From the NCBI GenBank assembly GCA_963845185.1, contig CAWJRG010000001.1, positions 96,001 through 160,000 on the forward strand: 64,000 nucleotides of DNA. The letters run 5' to 3'. The notes under the pieces are model-generated. The model was not told the origin of the DNA. It saw only the letters and a program-made list of their open reading frames with translations, and did no database searches. Both the position numbers and the translations under genes were made by a program. Positions 10,619 through 20,490 of the stretch are shown piece by piece. This DNA is from an uncultured bacterium (lineage in GTDB: Bacteria > Oederibacteriota > PGYV01 > CAWJRG01). Within the stretch, counting starts at the first letter, position 1, and each line of letters opens with the position of its first letter.

Positions 10619-11482
10619 TTATTCCGTCCCTGTCTCCTTTAGCTTTTTTATCACGGCGTTAATAATCCATGATGGTGTAGAAGCCCCAGCGCTTATTCCT
10701 ATGTTTTTTTTACCTTTTAGCCATCGCTTTTTTATTTCTTTTTCCGTCTCTATGTGGTGAACTTCTTTTAATATTTTCCTGCTTAATTTGTAAAGCCGTC
10801 CCGTGTTTGCGCTGTTTTTTCCGCCTATTATTAACATGGCGTCCACTTTCCCGGCAAGCTTTATGGTAGCTTCCTGGCGTTTTTGCGTCGCATCGCATAT
10901 GGTGTTGAAGATATGTATGTCCGAGTAATTTTTACAGAACGCCTTTTCCAAAATTCCATTTATAATATCCCTATATTCAGCTGCGTTTTGAGTGGTCTGG
11001 GAAACAACACCTATTTTATTTTTCAAGACGGTTTTTTTTAAATCTTTTTTCCCGCTTATTACAACGCCGTTTCCTTTTGCGTAACCCTGGATCCCCTTGA
11101 CTTCAAGATGGCGCTTATCTCCAACAATTATAACCTGATAACCACCGCTGGTCAATCTTTTTACAATATTGTGTATTTTTTTTACATAAGGGCATGTGGT
11201 GTCAAGGATTTTTACATTTTTGCTTTTAAGAATATTTTCCTCGCGCGGCGTTGTCCCGTGCGTGCTTATAATAACCATTGTGCCGGGCTTTGCCTCATCG
11301 ACTTTTTCAATACGCTTTATACCTTTTTTTTCAAGCCGCGCCTCCTCCTGGTGGTTATGTATAATTTGTTTCAGGGAATATACCTCGCCTGTTTTATTTT
11401 GCCCTGCGTATTCATACGCCATTTCCATGGCCCTTTTCACGCCGAAGCAGAAGCCCGAACCGCGGGCAATGTGTATTTTCAT
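10619..11482 (-). CDS. ispH: 4-hydroxy-3-methylbut-2-enyl diphosphate reductase
   Basis: GFCFGVKRA, DTTCPYV, SQTTQ, NTICDAT, SAGASTP. Confidence 0.97.
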   Translation of the reverse strand: MKIHIARGSGFCFGVKRAMEMAYEYAGQNKTGEVYSLKQIIHNHQEEARLEKKGIKRIEKVDEAKPGTMVIISTHGTTPREENILKSKNVKILDTTCPYVKKIHNIVKRLTSGGYQVIIVGDKRHLEVKGIQGYAKGNGVVISGKKDLKKTVLKNKIGVVSQTTQNAAEYRDIINGILEKAFCKNYSDIHIFNTICDATQKRQEATIKLAGKVDAMLIIGGKNSANTGRLYKLSRKILKEVHHIETEKEIKKRWLKGKKNIGISAGASTPSWIINAVIKKLKETGTE

Positions 11483-12150
11483 TATTTTACCGCCTTCTCC
11501 ATATATTCGCTTTTTAATTTTCTTATTTCAGACATGATTTTTCCTGTAATTTCAATATATATTTGCTTGTTTTCTTGCCTGCCGTAATACTCGTCAAAAC
11601 ATAAAGGCTTGCCAAAGGTTACCGCTATACGTACTCCGAATAACCTCGGAATCTTTTTATGCCTTGGGAATGCCGTGTACGAATTATTAATATATACAGG
11701 CACAACAGGAACCTTTGCCATACATATAAGCATGCCTGTTCCTGGCTTACCGTCATGTATTTCGCCGTCGCTGCTCCTGGTGCCTTCAGGGAAAAATACC
11801 ACTCCATAACCTTTCTGCGTGTAATTTTTAAAAACTTCCCAGGCTTCCCTATCAATTGTTCCCCTTTTTAATCTGAAAGAACCCCATGATTTTAAAATAA
11901 AACTTATAAGTGGATTTTTAAAAAGTGTGTCTCTTGCCGTGTATTTTAGCTGTCTGGGAAAAATGCAGCTTCCGATAAGCGGTGGGTCCAGATGGCTTTG
12001 ATGGTTTGACGCCAATATGAATCCTCCTGCCTTCGGCAGGTTTTCAAGCCCGTAGGCTTTAAGCTTGTAAAAAAACTTGAACAGTGTAAAAAAAACAAAC
12101 CAGCCGATAAAGTACGAAACAGCGCTGAAAATCCTGTAAAATAAGTTCAT
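11482..12150 (-). CDS. plsC: 1-acyl-sn-glycerol-3-phosphate acyltransferase
   Basis: SNHQSHLDPP and FFPEGTRS motifs. Confidence 0.9.
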   Translation of the reverse strand: MNLFYRIFSAVSYFIGWFVFFTLFKFFYKLKAYGLENLPKAGGFILASNHQSHLDPPLIGSCIFPRQLKYTARDTLFKNPLISFILKSWGSFRLKRGTIDREAWEVFKNYTQKGYGVVFFPEGTRSSDGEIHDGKPGTGMLICMAKVPVVPVYINNSYTAFPRHKKIPRLFGVRIAVTFGKPLCFDEYYGRQENKQIYIEITGKIMSEIRKLKSEYMEKAVK

Positions 12151-12151
12151 G

Positions 12152-13438
12152 TCATTTTTTCAGGTTTTTTAATATGTTGAAAAACTCTGGGAAAGAAGTA
12201 TTTACACATTCGACATCCTTTATTAAAAGCCCGTTATCCGACACAAGCGCGGCTATTGCAAAAGACATGGCTATCCTGTGGTCTCCGTAAGAATCTATAT
12301 CCGCGTATTTAAACGGCCGTCCGTTGCTGCCGTATATTATCATTCCGTCTTCTTTTTCCTCCACTTTCACGCCCATTCGCTTTAAATTTTTTACAACAGT
12401 CTCTATCCTGTCAGTTTCCTTTACCCTGAGTTCTTTCGCATCTTTTATTATTGTCCTGCCTTCTGCAAACGCTGCTGCTACGGCGATAACCGGTATCTCG
12501 TCGATAAGTTTCGGAATAAGCCCGCCTTTTATAACCGTGCCTTTTAAACCTGATGTTTTGGCAATAATATCGCCTACGGGCTCGTTGTTTCTCATCTTTA
12601 TATTTTTAAATATTATTTTCGCTCCCATTTTTTTCATTACTTCCACAATTCCTGTTCTTGAAGGGTTTAAGCCTGTTTCTCTTATTGTAATTTTCGAGTT
12701 TTTCATAAGCAACCCTGCGATTATAAAATAAGCCGAGGACGATATGTCGCCCGGAACATAAATATTCCGCGCTTTTAGCTCTTTGCCCGGTTTTATTTTT
12801 ATCCGGTTTTTCGACATTTTTATATCTGCACCGAAATATTTGAGCATGCGCTCGGTATGGTCCCGCGATGGCATTGGCTCGATTATTTCCGTGCTTTTTT
12901 GCGCGTGCAGCGCCGCAAGCATAATTGACGATTTTACCTGTGCGCTTGCCACTGGCATCCTGTATGTTATGCCGCGTAGGCTCGTTCCTGTCACTGTCAC
13001 CGGAGCATGACCGTTTGTGCTCTGGAATTTCGCTCCCATCTGCGACAGCGGTAGTATTACACGGTTCATGGGTCTTTTCTCCACCTGCGCATCGCCTGTT
13101 ATGGTGGATGTAAAATGCTGGCCCGACAGTACCCCGAGTGTCAGGCGTATGGAAGTCCCTGAATTTCCTACGTATAATGTCTTTGACGGTTCCCGAAAAG
13201 AAAACAGCCCGTTACTTTCCACCGAATATATGTCCTTTTTCTTTTCTATCCTTATTCCGAGTTCCCTGTAGACATTTATGGTGTCAAGGCAGTCTTCTGC
13301 CTCGAGAAAATTTTTAATTTTTGTAGTCCCCTTAGCAAGGCTGCCTATTATTACCGCCCTATGTGAGATCGACTTGTCGCCCTGCACCCGGATGGTTTTA
13401 TTGCAGTTTTCGACAGGCTCCACGTAATGCTTTTTCAT
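12152..13438 (-). CDS. aroA: EPSP synthase
   Basis: GDKSISHRA, GNSGTSIRL, ASAQVKS, KETDRI, GDHRIAMSF. Confidence 0.98.
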   Translation of the reverse strand: MKKHYVEPVENCNKTIRVQGDKSISHRAVIIGSLAKGTTKIKNFLEAEDCLDTINVYRELGIRIEKKKDIYSVESNGLFSFREPSKTLYVGNSGTSIRLTLGVLSGQHFTSTITGDAQVEKRPMNRVILPLSQMGAKFQSTNGHAPVTVTGTSLRGITYRMPVASAQVKSSIMLAALHAQKSTEIIEPMPSRDHTERMLKYFGADIKMSKNRIKIKPGKELKARNIYVPGDISSSAYFIIAGLLMKNSKITIRETGLNPSRTGIVEVMKKMGAKIIFKNIKMRNNEPVGDIIAKTSGLKGTVIKGGLIPKLIDEIPVIAVAAAFAEGRTIIKDAKELRVKETDRIETVVKNLKRMGVKVEEKEDGMIIYGSNGRPFKYADIDSYGDHRIAMSFAIAALVSDNGLLIKDVECVNTSFPEFFNILKNLKK

Positions 13439-14289
13439 TTATCAAGTGCCTCCCTTAAAAGCCTCGAGCTTTTTATTATTTTCATCAGCCGTAGCCTTTT
13501 CCGACCCGCCACCAGCGCCCTTAATTTCCGCACTTCCCTTATATAAGCATCGGTTTTTTTTACAAGTTCTTTATTGTTGGTTATAAATATGTCTGACCAA
13601 ATCTCCTCGCCCGAAGCCGCTATTCTGGTTGTATCTTTAAAACCTTTACCTATAACCTTTTTTAAATTCGTAATTATATCTTTCTGAGAGTTGGTGAGCG
13701 CAAAAGCCAGCAGGTGCGGCAAATGGCTTATACCTGCCACATAACCATCGTGTCCGGCCGGTGAAAGTTCTATGGTTTCCATACCCATTGCGCGCCAAAA
13801 ATCTTTGATTATGCCGGTTTTTTTCTTGTCAGAATATTTATCGGGAGTGACTATGCAAACTCCGCCTTCGTACAAATTATCCTTTATATTATTCACGCCT
13901 CTTTTTTCAGAGCCAACCATGGGGTGTGAACCTACAAAAAGCCTGTGTTTGTCAGTCCTGCGTATATTGTCGACAATATATTTTTTTACGCTTCCAACAT
14001 CCGTCACTGCGGTTTTTGCCTCAATATAAGGATACATTTCTTTATATTTTTCCGGTATAAGCGTCACATTCTGGCATAAAACCACGATGTCAGAGTATTT
14101 CACCGCATCCTCTATGTTCGTAGTAAAATCTGTTATTGCGCCTTTTTGACAGGCTATATTCAGTCTTTCCGCGTCCTTGCTGAACCCTTTAACTACCCTT
14201 GCAAGCTTTTTTTTCTGAATTTCCAATCCCAGACTGCCTCCCATGAAACCCATGCCTGCGATGGTAATTTTATTGTATTTAAAGCTCAT
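13435..14289 (-). CDS. tyrA: Prephenate dehydrogenase
   Basis: GMGFMGGS, TDVGSVK, SHPMVGSE, SHLPH, GFKDTTRIA. Confidence 0.93.
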   Translation of the reverse strand: MSFKYNKITIAGMGFMGGSLGLEIQKKKLARVVKGFSKDAERLNIACQKGAITDFTTNIEDAVKYSDIVVLCQNVTLIPEKYKEMYPYIEAKTAVTDVGSVKKYIVDNIRRTDKHRLFVGSHPMVGSEKRGVNNIKDNLYEGGVCIVTPDKYSDKKKTGIIKDFWRAMGMETIELSPAGHDGYVAGISHLPHLLAFALTNSQKDIITNLKKVIGKGFKDTTRIAASGEEIWSDIFITNNKELVKKTDAYIREVRKLRALVAGRKRLRLMKIIKSSRLLREALDK

Positions 14290-14308
14290 AATGACTCCTT
14301 ATTTTAAA

Positions 14309-14398
14309 AGTGATAACTGTTATGTGTCATGTGGTAAGTGAAAAATTTAAATCTCTAAACTAACCACTGTCCACTTATCACCTACCACTTACCACATG
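14309..14398. repeat. Inverted pair of degenerate heptamer arrays with a 13-bp perfect inverted repeat
   Basis: catgtggtaagtg (14328-14340) vs cacttaccacatg (14386-14398); ccactgt-ccactta-tcaccta-ccactta-ccacatg periodicity. Confidence 0.7.
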
Positions 14399-14400
14399 TT

Positions 14401-15417
14401 TTATATGCTTCTACCCACTGCCGCCGCCACTTTTTTCAATTCTTTCACAAGATTTTTATAATCATCCGGAAGCATCGATTGTTCGCCGTCGGAAAAAGCT
14501 TCTTCAGGTTTTGGATGCACTTCGATAAGAATTCCGTCCGCACCTGCGGCGACCGCTGCCTTTGACATGACCCCTACAAGCTCTCTCTTGCCTGTGGCAT
14601 GCGACGGATCTACCATTACAGGCAAATGGCTCAGCTGCTTTACTACAGGCACTGCTGAAAGGTCGAGCGTATTCCTCGTGGCTGTTTCAAATGTCCTTAT
14701 ACCCCTCTCACACAGGATTACGTTCATATTGCCATTTGCAAGGATATATTCCGCCGACATCAGCCATTCGACTATTGTAGCCATCATACCTCTTTTTAAA
14801 AGCACGGGTTTTCTTGTTTTGCCTACTTCTTTTAACAGCTCAAAATTCTGCATGTTCCTGGCACCTATTTGAAAAACATCGGCGTATTTGTTTATAAGTT
14901 CAACATGCCTTGTATCAAGCACTTCAGTGACTATCGGGAGGCCGTATTTTTCCCTTGCCTGCGCAAGTATCTTCAAACCTTCTTCGCCCATACCCTGAAA
15001 CGAGTAAGGAGAAGTCCTCGGTTTGAAAGCTCCGCCGCGCAAAAGGTGCGCGCCTGCTTCTTTTACAAGTTTCGCGACCAGCATGAGAGGTTTTTCTCCT
15101 TCCACTGAGCATGGTCCCGCGACCAGTATGACCCTGTTGCCGCCTATCTCTATACCGTCTTTAATTCTTACAACAGTATCAGTCTTTTTAAAATCGCGGC
15201 TAGCGAGCTTATAAGGCTTTAATATCTGCATGACTTTTTCAACGCCCGGGAAGCTCTCAAAAGGTACTGCCTGCAGTACCCTTTCGTCTCCTATGATTCC
15301 TATTATTGTGCGCTCGGTGCCCTTTGATATATGCGGTTGAAGTTTATATTCTTTAATTTTATTGACAACCTCATCCACGTGTTTTTTCGTGGCTCCTGGC
15401 TTTAGCACTATTATCAT
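14401..15417 (-). CDS. aroF: DAHP synthase (type I-beta, N-terminal ACT-like domain)
   Basis: [44 protein letters not shown]. Confidence 0.96.
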   Translation of the reverse strand: MIIVLKPGATKKHVDEVVNKIKEYKLQPHISKGTERTIIGIIGDERVLQAVPFESFPGVEKVMQILKPYKLASRDFKKTDTVVRIKDGIEIGGNRVILVAGPCSVEGEKPLMLVAKLVKEAGAHLLRGGAFKPRTSPYSFQGMGEEGLKILAQAREKYGLPIVTEVLDTRHVELINKYADVFQIGARNMQNFELLKEVGKTRKPVLLKRGMMATIVEWLMSAEYILANGNMNVILCERGIRTFETATRNTLDLSAVPVVKQLSHLPVMVDPSHATGKRELVGVMSKAAVAAGADGILIEVHPKPEEAFSDGEQSMLPDDYKNLVKELKKVAAAVGRSI

Positions 15418-15467
15418 CTCTTGCCTCCTGGAAAATTTTGTTTTTAGCCTTTATTTCGGCTTTTAAT

Positions 15468-16550
15468 TTAAAGCACTTGCTTTAAAGCTTTTATGAGCCT
15501 TTTGTTTTCCTCCATTTTGCCTATGGTAATCCTGGCAAAATTGTCAAAAACAGGCCTTATTATTATACCCTTTTTCAGCAGATTTTCAAAAACAATTTTG
15601 CTGTTCTGGTTAAATATAGTAAATATAAAATTTGCATAGGTTTCTACATACTTTATACCGAATTTTTTAAATTCCTTATAAAGATATTTTTTACCCTCTT
15701 CATTTACTTTGATTGTTTCTTTCACATGCTCCCTGTCTTTTAAGGCAGCTTCAGCCGCTGCCTGTGCCGGTATATTCGTATTAAAAGGTGCCCTTACCCG
15801 CTCAAGAATTTCTATAATATCCTTGTCAGCCGCCGCAAAACCTATGCGCAGGCCTGCCAGACCATATATCTTTGAAAATGTCCTTAAGACCACAAGGTTT
15901 GGATATTTTGCCATATATTTTAGTCCGTCCGGGTAATTTTTGTCATGAACGTATTCAAAATACGCCTCGTCAAGCGCAACTATTGTTCGTGATGATGTTT
16001 TTTGCATAAACTTTTCAAACTCGTCTTTTGTTATAATGGTCCCTGTCGGGTTGTTCGGGTTACAAATGAAAACAAGTTTGGTTTTTGGCGAAAGCCTTTC
16101 TATAAAAGCATCCATATCATGCCTGAAATTTTTATGCGGTATTACGATTGATGTAGCGCCGGCCATATCTGCTACTATAGGGTAAACAACAAAAGAAAGT
16201 ACAGAATACATCACCTCATCGCCGGCTTCAACAAAAGCCTGGGCAAGCATGATTTCAAGCTCGTTTGAGCCGTTGCCGAATATTAAAGTGCGTGGGTCAG
16301 TTTTTAATTGTTTTGCCAGCGATTCCCTTAAATAATAAGCCGATGTCTCCGGATATAAATTAATTGTTCTCAACTTTCCTTCTATTGCCTTTACTGCCTT
16401 TTTTGACGGACCAAGCGGGTTTTCATTTGACGCAAGTTTAATAACATCCCTTATTTGTAACTCCCTTTGCACTTCCTCAATCGGCTTGCCCGGAACATAA
16501 GGCTTTATCTTCATAACGCTCTCTTTTGCTGTATTTTCAAATTTATTCAT
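15468..16550 (-). CDS. hisC: Histidinol-phosphate / aromatic aminotransferase
   Basis: KLASNENPLG, CNPNNPTG, DEAY, RTFSKIYGLAGLRIG; ATG at 16550 preceded by GGAGG. Confidence 0.93.
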   Translation of the reverse strand: MNKFENTAKESVMKIKPYVPGKPIEEVQRELQIRDVIKLASNENPLGPSKKAVKAIEGKLRTINLYPETSAYYLRESLAKQLKTDPRTLIFGNGSNELEIMLAQAFVEAGDEVMYSVLSFVVYPIVADMAGATSIVIPHKNFRHDMDAFIERLSPKTKLVFICNPNNPTGTIITKDEFEKFMQKTSSRTIVALDEAYFEYVHDKNYPDGLKYMAKYPNLVVLRTFSKIYGLAGLRIGFAAADKDIIEILERVRAPFNTNIPAQAAAEAALKDREHVKETIKVNEEGKKYLYKEFKKFGIKYVETYANFIFTIFNQNSKIVFENLLKKGIIIRPVFDNFARITIGKMEENKRLIKALKQVL

Positions 16551-16668
16551 AATGCCTCCAAATATACGCTGTCGTGTGTCCGTTTCACTCCTGTGCATGT
16601 GGCTAAATTTTGTCCCGTATCGTAAAATACTTTGTGCCATCAATTCACAATCTTTGCTATAGAACTAT

Positions 16669-16697
16669 ATTATAAACTTATTTATTGGGATTTTCAA
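16669..16697 (-). promoter_or_regulatory. Sigma70-like promoter for the hisC-aro run
   Basis: TTGAAA-17 bp-TATAAT on the minus strand. Confidence 0.55.
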
Positions 16698-16733
16698 CGG
16701 TAAAAATTGCGAATTGGATTTTACAAAGCTGGA

Positions 16734-17585
16734 TTAAAATTCAACCTTTATAATATCCACCTTGTACTCATCCGTGGATTTTATGAATTTCTGCGTTTCA
16801 TCATCATTAAATTTGTTTGCCGATACCACGGAACCATATACGCTTGACAAATAAAAGAAAATCTCTGGTATGCCGAATACAACTTCCATTACGTTCTCAT
16901 TGCGTATATGAACCTCATAAATATTATATATGCAAAACGCGTTAAGCAGAAGCGAAAATATTCCATCCGACCATCTGCCGCAGTACATATGTCCGCTCCC
17001 CGGGATAATAAGCGACAATATGCCGGAAATTACCGGCAAGCGTGTAGGTATTTCATTGCTTTTATTTAAAACCGCCCTGATTGACGCAGACGACCCGCTA
17101 AGCTCAGTTCCGCTTATTTTAGCGAATTCAGCGTCAGACGCCTTAAAATCCCCCTGATTCATGTAGTTAAAAGCCGTGATATAATGCGCCTTATCCAAAT
17201 ATTTCGACGCCACGTTGTCGTTCAAAATTCTGGCAGCCACGGATGTCGAATACACATAATCTTTTTTCGAAGCGGCCGATAATGCTTCGCCTATCAAGGA
17301 AAGGTATTTTAAATCCCCGCTGTACTTTAAAGAAATGCCATCAAAAGAATCCACAGCTTCATCATATTTACCTGCCATTAAATACGACAGAGCGATTTTA
17401 TATACCGCATTTTTTACAAACTTCCCCTGTTCATTGTAAAATATGTATCTTTTGTACTCCGTAATAGCCCTGTAGTAATCACCAGAATCATAAAGGGCGT
17501 CAGCAAAGTTCATCTGTTTTATATCCTCGGCGAATATGTTTAATCCACAAAATATCAGGCCACATATTAAAAGTATCCTTTTCAT
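16734..17585 (-). CDS. Secreted TPR protein with C-terminal hydrophobic TM2/DUF5683-like segment
   Basis: Signal peptide, TPR helices (FADALYDSGDYYRAITEYKRY), LSLIIPGSGHMYCGRW, terminal VEF. Confidence 0.75.
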   Translation of the reverse strand: MKRILLICGLIFCGLNIFAEDIKQMNFADALYDSGDYYRAITEYKRYIFYNEQGKFVKNAVYKIALSYLMAGKYDEAVDSFDGISLKYSGDLKYLSLIGEALSAASKKDYVYSTSVAARILNDNVASKYLDKAHYITAFNYMNQGDFKASDAEFAKISGTELSGSSASIRAVLNKSNEIPTRLPVISGILSLIIPGSGHMYCGRWSDGIFSLLLNAFCIYNIYEVHIRNENVMEVVFGIPEIFFYLSSVYGSVVSANKFNDDETQKFIKSTDEYKVDIIKVEF

Positions 17586-17607
17586 AAATCCTCCGTTTAT
17601 TTATTTG

Positions 17608-18042
17608 CTAAAAGTTCAGCCAGTCAAATATAAAGTTCAATGTATCATTGCTTTCCACTGAGTCTGATAAAAGGCCGTGTTCATAATCAATAGGGTAACC
17701 TGCCGTATAAGCGTACCAGTTACACCTCATGATCCTGTCGATTGCCATTATCGAACCCTTAATTGCTCCGAATTTTTTTACAGCGGTAAACCCGTAACGC
17801 GAACAGCTTGGATAAAAATTACATTCACCGCCTGTTTTTCCTGATAGTGTTAACTGATACAGCCTGATTAACCCCAGTGCCAAAATCTTGGGCACCGAAG
17901 TTTCTCCAGCCAATGCTTTATTAAGGGCTTCCGGGGAATATCTGTCATTTACAGGCGTTATATCCCATTCGCCATCCCAGTAAGCGTTTAATGCGGAACC
18001 TGTTAATAATAGAACTAAAAGCAAAAAACAAGCGTGTTTCAT
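17608..18042 (-). CDS. YidD-like (haemolytic domain) protein with signal peptide
   Basis: LIRLYQ...CNFYPSCSRY...GAIKG...DRIMRCN motif after a hydrophobic N-terminus. Confidence 0.82.
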   Translation of the reverse strand: MKHACFLLLVLLLTGSALNAYWDGEWDITPVNDRYSPEALNKALAGETSVPKILALGLIRLYQLTLSGKTGGECNFYPSCSRYGFTAVKKFGAIKGSIMAIDRIMRCNWYAYTAGYPIDYEHGLLSDSVESNDTLNFIFDWLNF

Positions 18043-18743
18043 TAAAATTTTACCTTTGATATTTTAGCGTCTTCAGGTATTTTAAAATTTTGTATTATTT
18101 CCGGCAATTTTGAATTTTCCTTAAAATTTGTTATTTTGATCATTTCCTCATAGCTGCCCTTATCCCCGCCCGCGTAAGTCTTTATAAAAAAAGGTATTTG
18201 CTTATTACCGATTTTTACATAATCCTGATATTCGAGTCTTGTCATGACATTGCCGTCCTTTCCTTTCATTTCCATCTTAAGCAAACGTCCTTTTCCGTCC
18301 CTTTCAAGCAGTATGCTTTTTATCGGCACCCCTACTATATTTCCCGGAGCCCATACTTCCTTTGATCCCTCCTTGCTCTTTTTCGAGTCCACAAGCTTGA
18401 ATCCAAGACTTTTTAAGTCCATCTTTTTTGTTGCGGGCTCCATAAAATTTACTTTTGAAATGTCCTCGCTATTTTCCATAATAATTGCTTTTTTTTCGTC
18501 CGGGTAATATACCTGCGTTTCTTTTTTTGAAAGCACCATTATCTGGTTTACGGGATAAGTAATATGAAAATAAATATTATTCGCCTCTGAACCGCTGCCG
18601 GCTTTCATGTAAATAAAACCGCCTATTTTTTCCAGCTTGCCGTTATCATAAGACTCTTTATAAAAATCAAAAGTTAAATTCCCTGCCTTTATCGAGCATG
18701 CACATAAAGCCAGCATAAAAAAAAGCGTTATTTTTCTTTTCAA
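18042..18743 (-). CDS. Exported protein, LolA/lipoprotein-sorting-like fold (tentative)
   Basis: Signal peptide; beta-rich with VYYPDEKKAI and LEYQDY...QIPF patterns; TTG start after GGAGG. Confidence 0.55.
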   Translation of the reverse strand: MKRKITLFFMLALCACSIKAGNLTFDFYKESYDNGKLEKIGGFIYMKAGSGSEANNIYFHITYPVNQIMVLSKKETQVYYPDEKKAIIMENSEDISKVNFMEPATKKMDLKSLGFKLVDSKKSKEGSKEVWAPGNIVGVPIKSILLERDGKGRLLKMEMKGKDGNVMTRLEYQDYVKIGNKQIPFFIKTYAGGDKGSYEEMIKITNFKENSKLPEIIQNFKIPEDAKISKVKF

Positions 18744-18760
18744 TTCTTCCTCCCAAAATA

Positions 18761-18797
18761 ACTAAAGTGGGGCCTTGTAAAAAAGCCCCACTTTAGT
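18761..18797 (-). terminator. 13-bp stem hairpin (terminator/attenuator) between 18829..19287 and the LolA-like gene
   Basis: actaaagtggggc...gccccactttagt, followed by TATTTT on the minus strand. Confidence 0.65.
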
Positions 18798-18828
18798 CTA
18801 TAAAAATCGATGTTTGAACTATTTGTGA

Positions 18829-19287
18829 TTAACCACCACTGCTCATGCCAAACAGGGCGGCACCTAAAACAACAACATAAACAACATAAAATATGATTGA
18901 ACAAACGCACTCTGTTACGCAACCCCACACTGCCATCATTCCGTTCTCGTTCTTTGTAAACTCCTGATAGCATCTTGTGTACTCTTCCACGTAAGCCGAT
19001 GATTTTCCCATTACTCTGTTATTGGGAACCGCCATCGGTATAAAAAAACCGCCTATAATCCCAATAAAACCTAATAAACATCCGGCGCCGAACCATACCC
19101 ACTTCATTCCCGAATTGTCAACAGTTGCGTCAGCTTTTGCTTGCGCGCATACTTCGTCCTCCCCTGCAGTTTGGGCAACTGCCGTAGTCGCCGTTTGCGG
19201 ATGAGACAAATGTGCCGCAAGTGACAAAACCGGCGAGCATACAACCAACGAAACAGCAATCAAAAAACAAATAAAAGCTTTTTTCAT
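18829..19287 (-). CDS. Hypothetical exported/membrane protein with Cys-flanked Gly-rich hydrophobic hairpin
   Basis: Signal peptide, WFGAGCLLGFIGIIGG, MGKSSAYVEEYTRCY, C-terminal TM; GGAGG RBS. Confidence 0.8.
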   Translation of the reverse strand: MKKAFICFLIAVSLVVCSPVLSLAAHLSHPQTATTAVAQTAGEDEVCAQAKADATVDNSGMKWVWFGAGCLLGFIGIIGGFFIPMAVPNNRVMGKSSAYVEEYTRCYQEFTKNENGMMAVWGCVTECVCSIIFYVVYVVVLGAALFGMSSGG

Positions 19288-19491
19288 TCCAATATCCTCC
19301 TTTTTAAAAGTTTTATATGCATATTAATATCATACATATTTGACAAAAAATTATCATATTTTATGGCCTTTGTCAACAATTTTTTCGACAACTGTTGTTA
19401 ACTATTAGGTTTCTTAAACCTTCTATTTCATTCCAACATAAAAAATATCAATGGTTTTCTCAATCGACGGCTTTTATTTATTTATAAACCC

Positions 19492-20274
19492 TTACAAACC
19501 TAATCCATGCAATATATAGTTAATAGTAAGTCCTAATAATACTCCAGCGCAACCGGCACATGCATCTTCCCACTGCTGCGTTTTTGCTGAATTCTTATAA
19601 CAATTTGTAAAACCGGTTACATAATCCGCGGATTTGCCCATAAGATATTCAGGCGGAACTTGAGGCTCTATTACTAATCCTAGAAGTATTCCTATTGGTC
19701 CAAGGAAAATCCCTGCAATACTCCAGCCAACCGCATTAACATCAATATTTCCCTTTATGGCTCCATCGTTACAGCCTGTTGTATAATCTCCAAAAACAGA
19801 AGCCATTACTTTTGAAGTATTTTCCGAAGGCGCTGTGTCTGAAGACTGTTTTAACTCTGCCGCTGTTGAGTTCGAGCCTGCAGCAGATGCATACTCATCC
19901 TTCCGTATCTCTGCTATAAATGCTCTTATCTGCTTGTCCGGTATTAGCCTCTCAGCCCGCCGGAAATAATCAAGAGCCTTGACGTAATCTTTTTGGGTGT
20001 AATTTTCGTATCCTTCATGAATAAACATCATGCTTTTTTCCTCATTAGAATCCGGCTGTTCGCCCTTTTTTAGTTTTGTCATAAATGCCTCTATTTGCCG
20101 ATCCGGCATTATTTTATCCGCCTGCTGAAAATAATCAAGAGCTTCATCGATTTTATTATCCTTATAGCTTTCGTAAGCGTCATGAATAAGTGCAAGACTT
20201 TCTTCTGCATTATTTTCAGAAAAAATAAAAACAGGAAGAACAACTATCAGTACAACAAATAAGGTTTTTTTCAT
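19492..20274 (-). CDS. Hypothetical exported protein: two TPR-like repeats plus the domain shared with 18829..19287
   Basis: MKKT start after AAGGAG; SLALIHDAYESY repeats; WSIAGIFLGPIG...MGKSADYVTGFTNCY. Confidence 0.8.
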   Translation of the reverse strand: MKKTLFVVLIVVLPVFIFSENNAEESLALIHDAYESYKDNKIDEALDYFQQADKIMPDRQIEAFMTKLKKGEQPDSNEEKSMMFIHEGYENYTQKDYVKALDYFRRAERLIPDKQIRAFIAEIRKDEYASAAGSNSTAAELKQSSDTAPSENTSKVMASVFGDYTTGCNDGAIKGNIDVNAVGWSIAGIFLGPIGILLGLVIEPQVPPEYLMGKSADYVTGFTNCYKNSAKTQQWEDACAGCAGVLLGLTINYILHGLGL

Positions 20275-20421
20275 ATTTTCTCCTTTAATAGAAGCAATAA
20301 ACTCCATTAGCTTCCTTTCTTAATATTTATCTATTTAATTATAGTGTTTTTCTAATTTATGTCAATTCGTTATCATCCAAAAAAAATAAATAATCCGCAA
20401 TTGGTATTAAAAATATATTTC

Positions 20422-20449
20422 TTGACTTAAACATTTTTTAGGATAAAAT
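20422..20449 (+). promoter_or_regulatory. Sigma70-like promoter
   Basis: TTGACT-16 bp-TAAAAT upstream of the 20491 lipoprotein gene. Confidence 0.45.
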
Positions 20450-20490
20450 TAGTGTGTTAAAAGAAAGCATAAAAAACGAAAGGAGTATGA

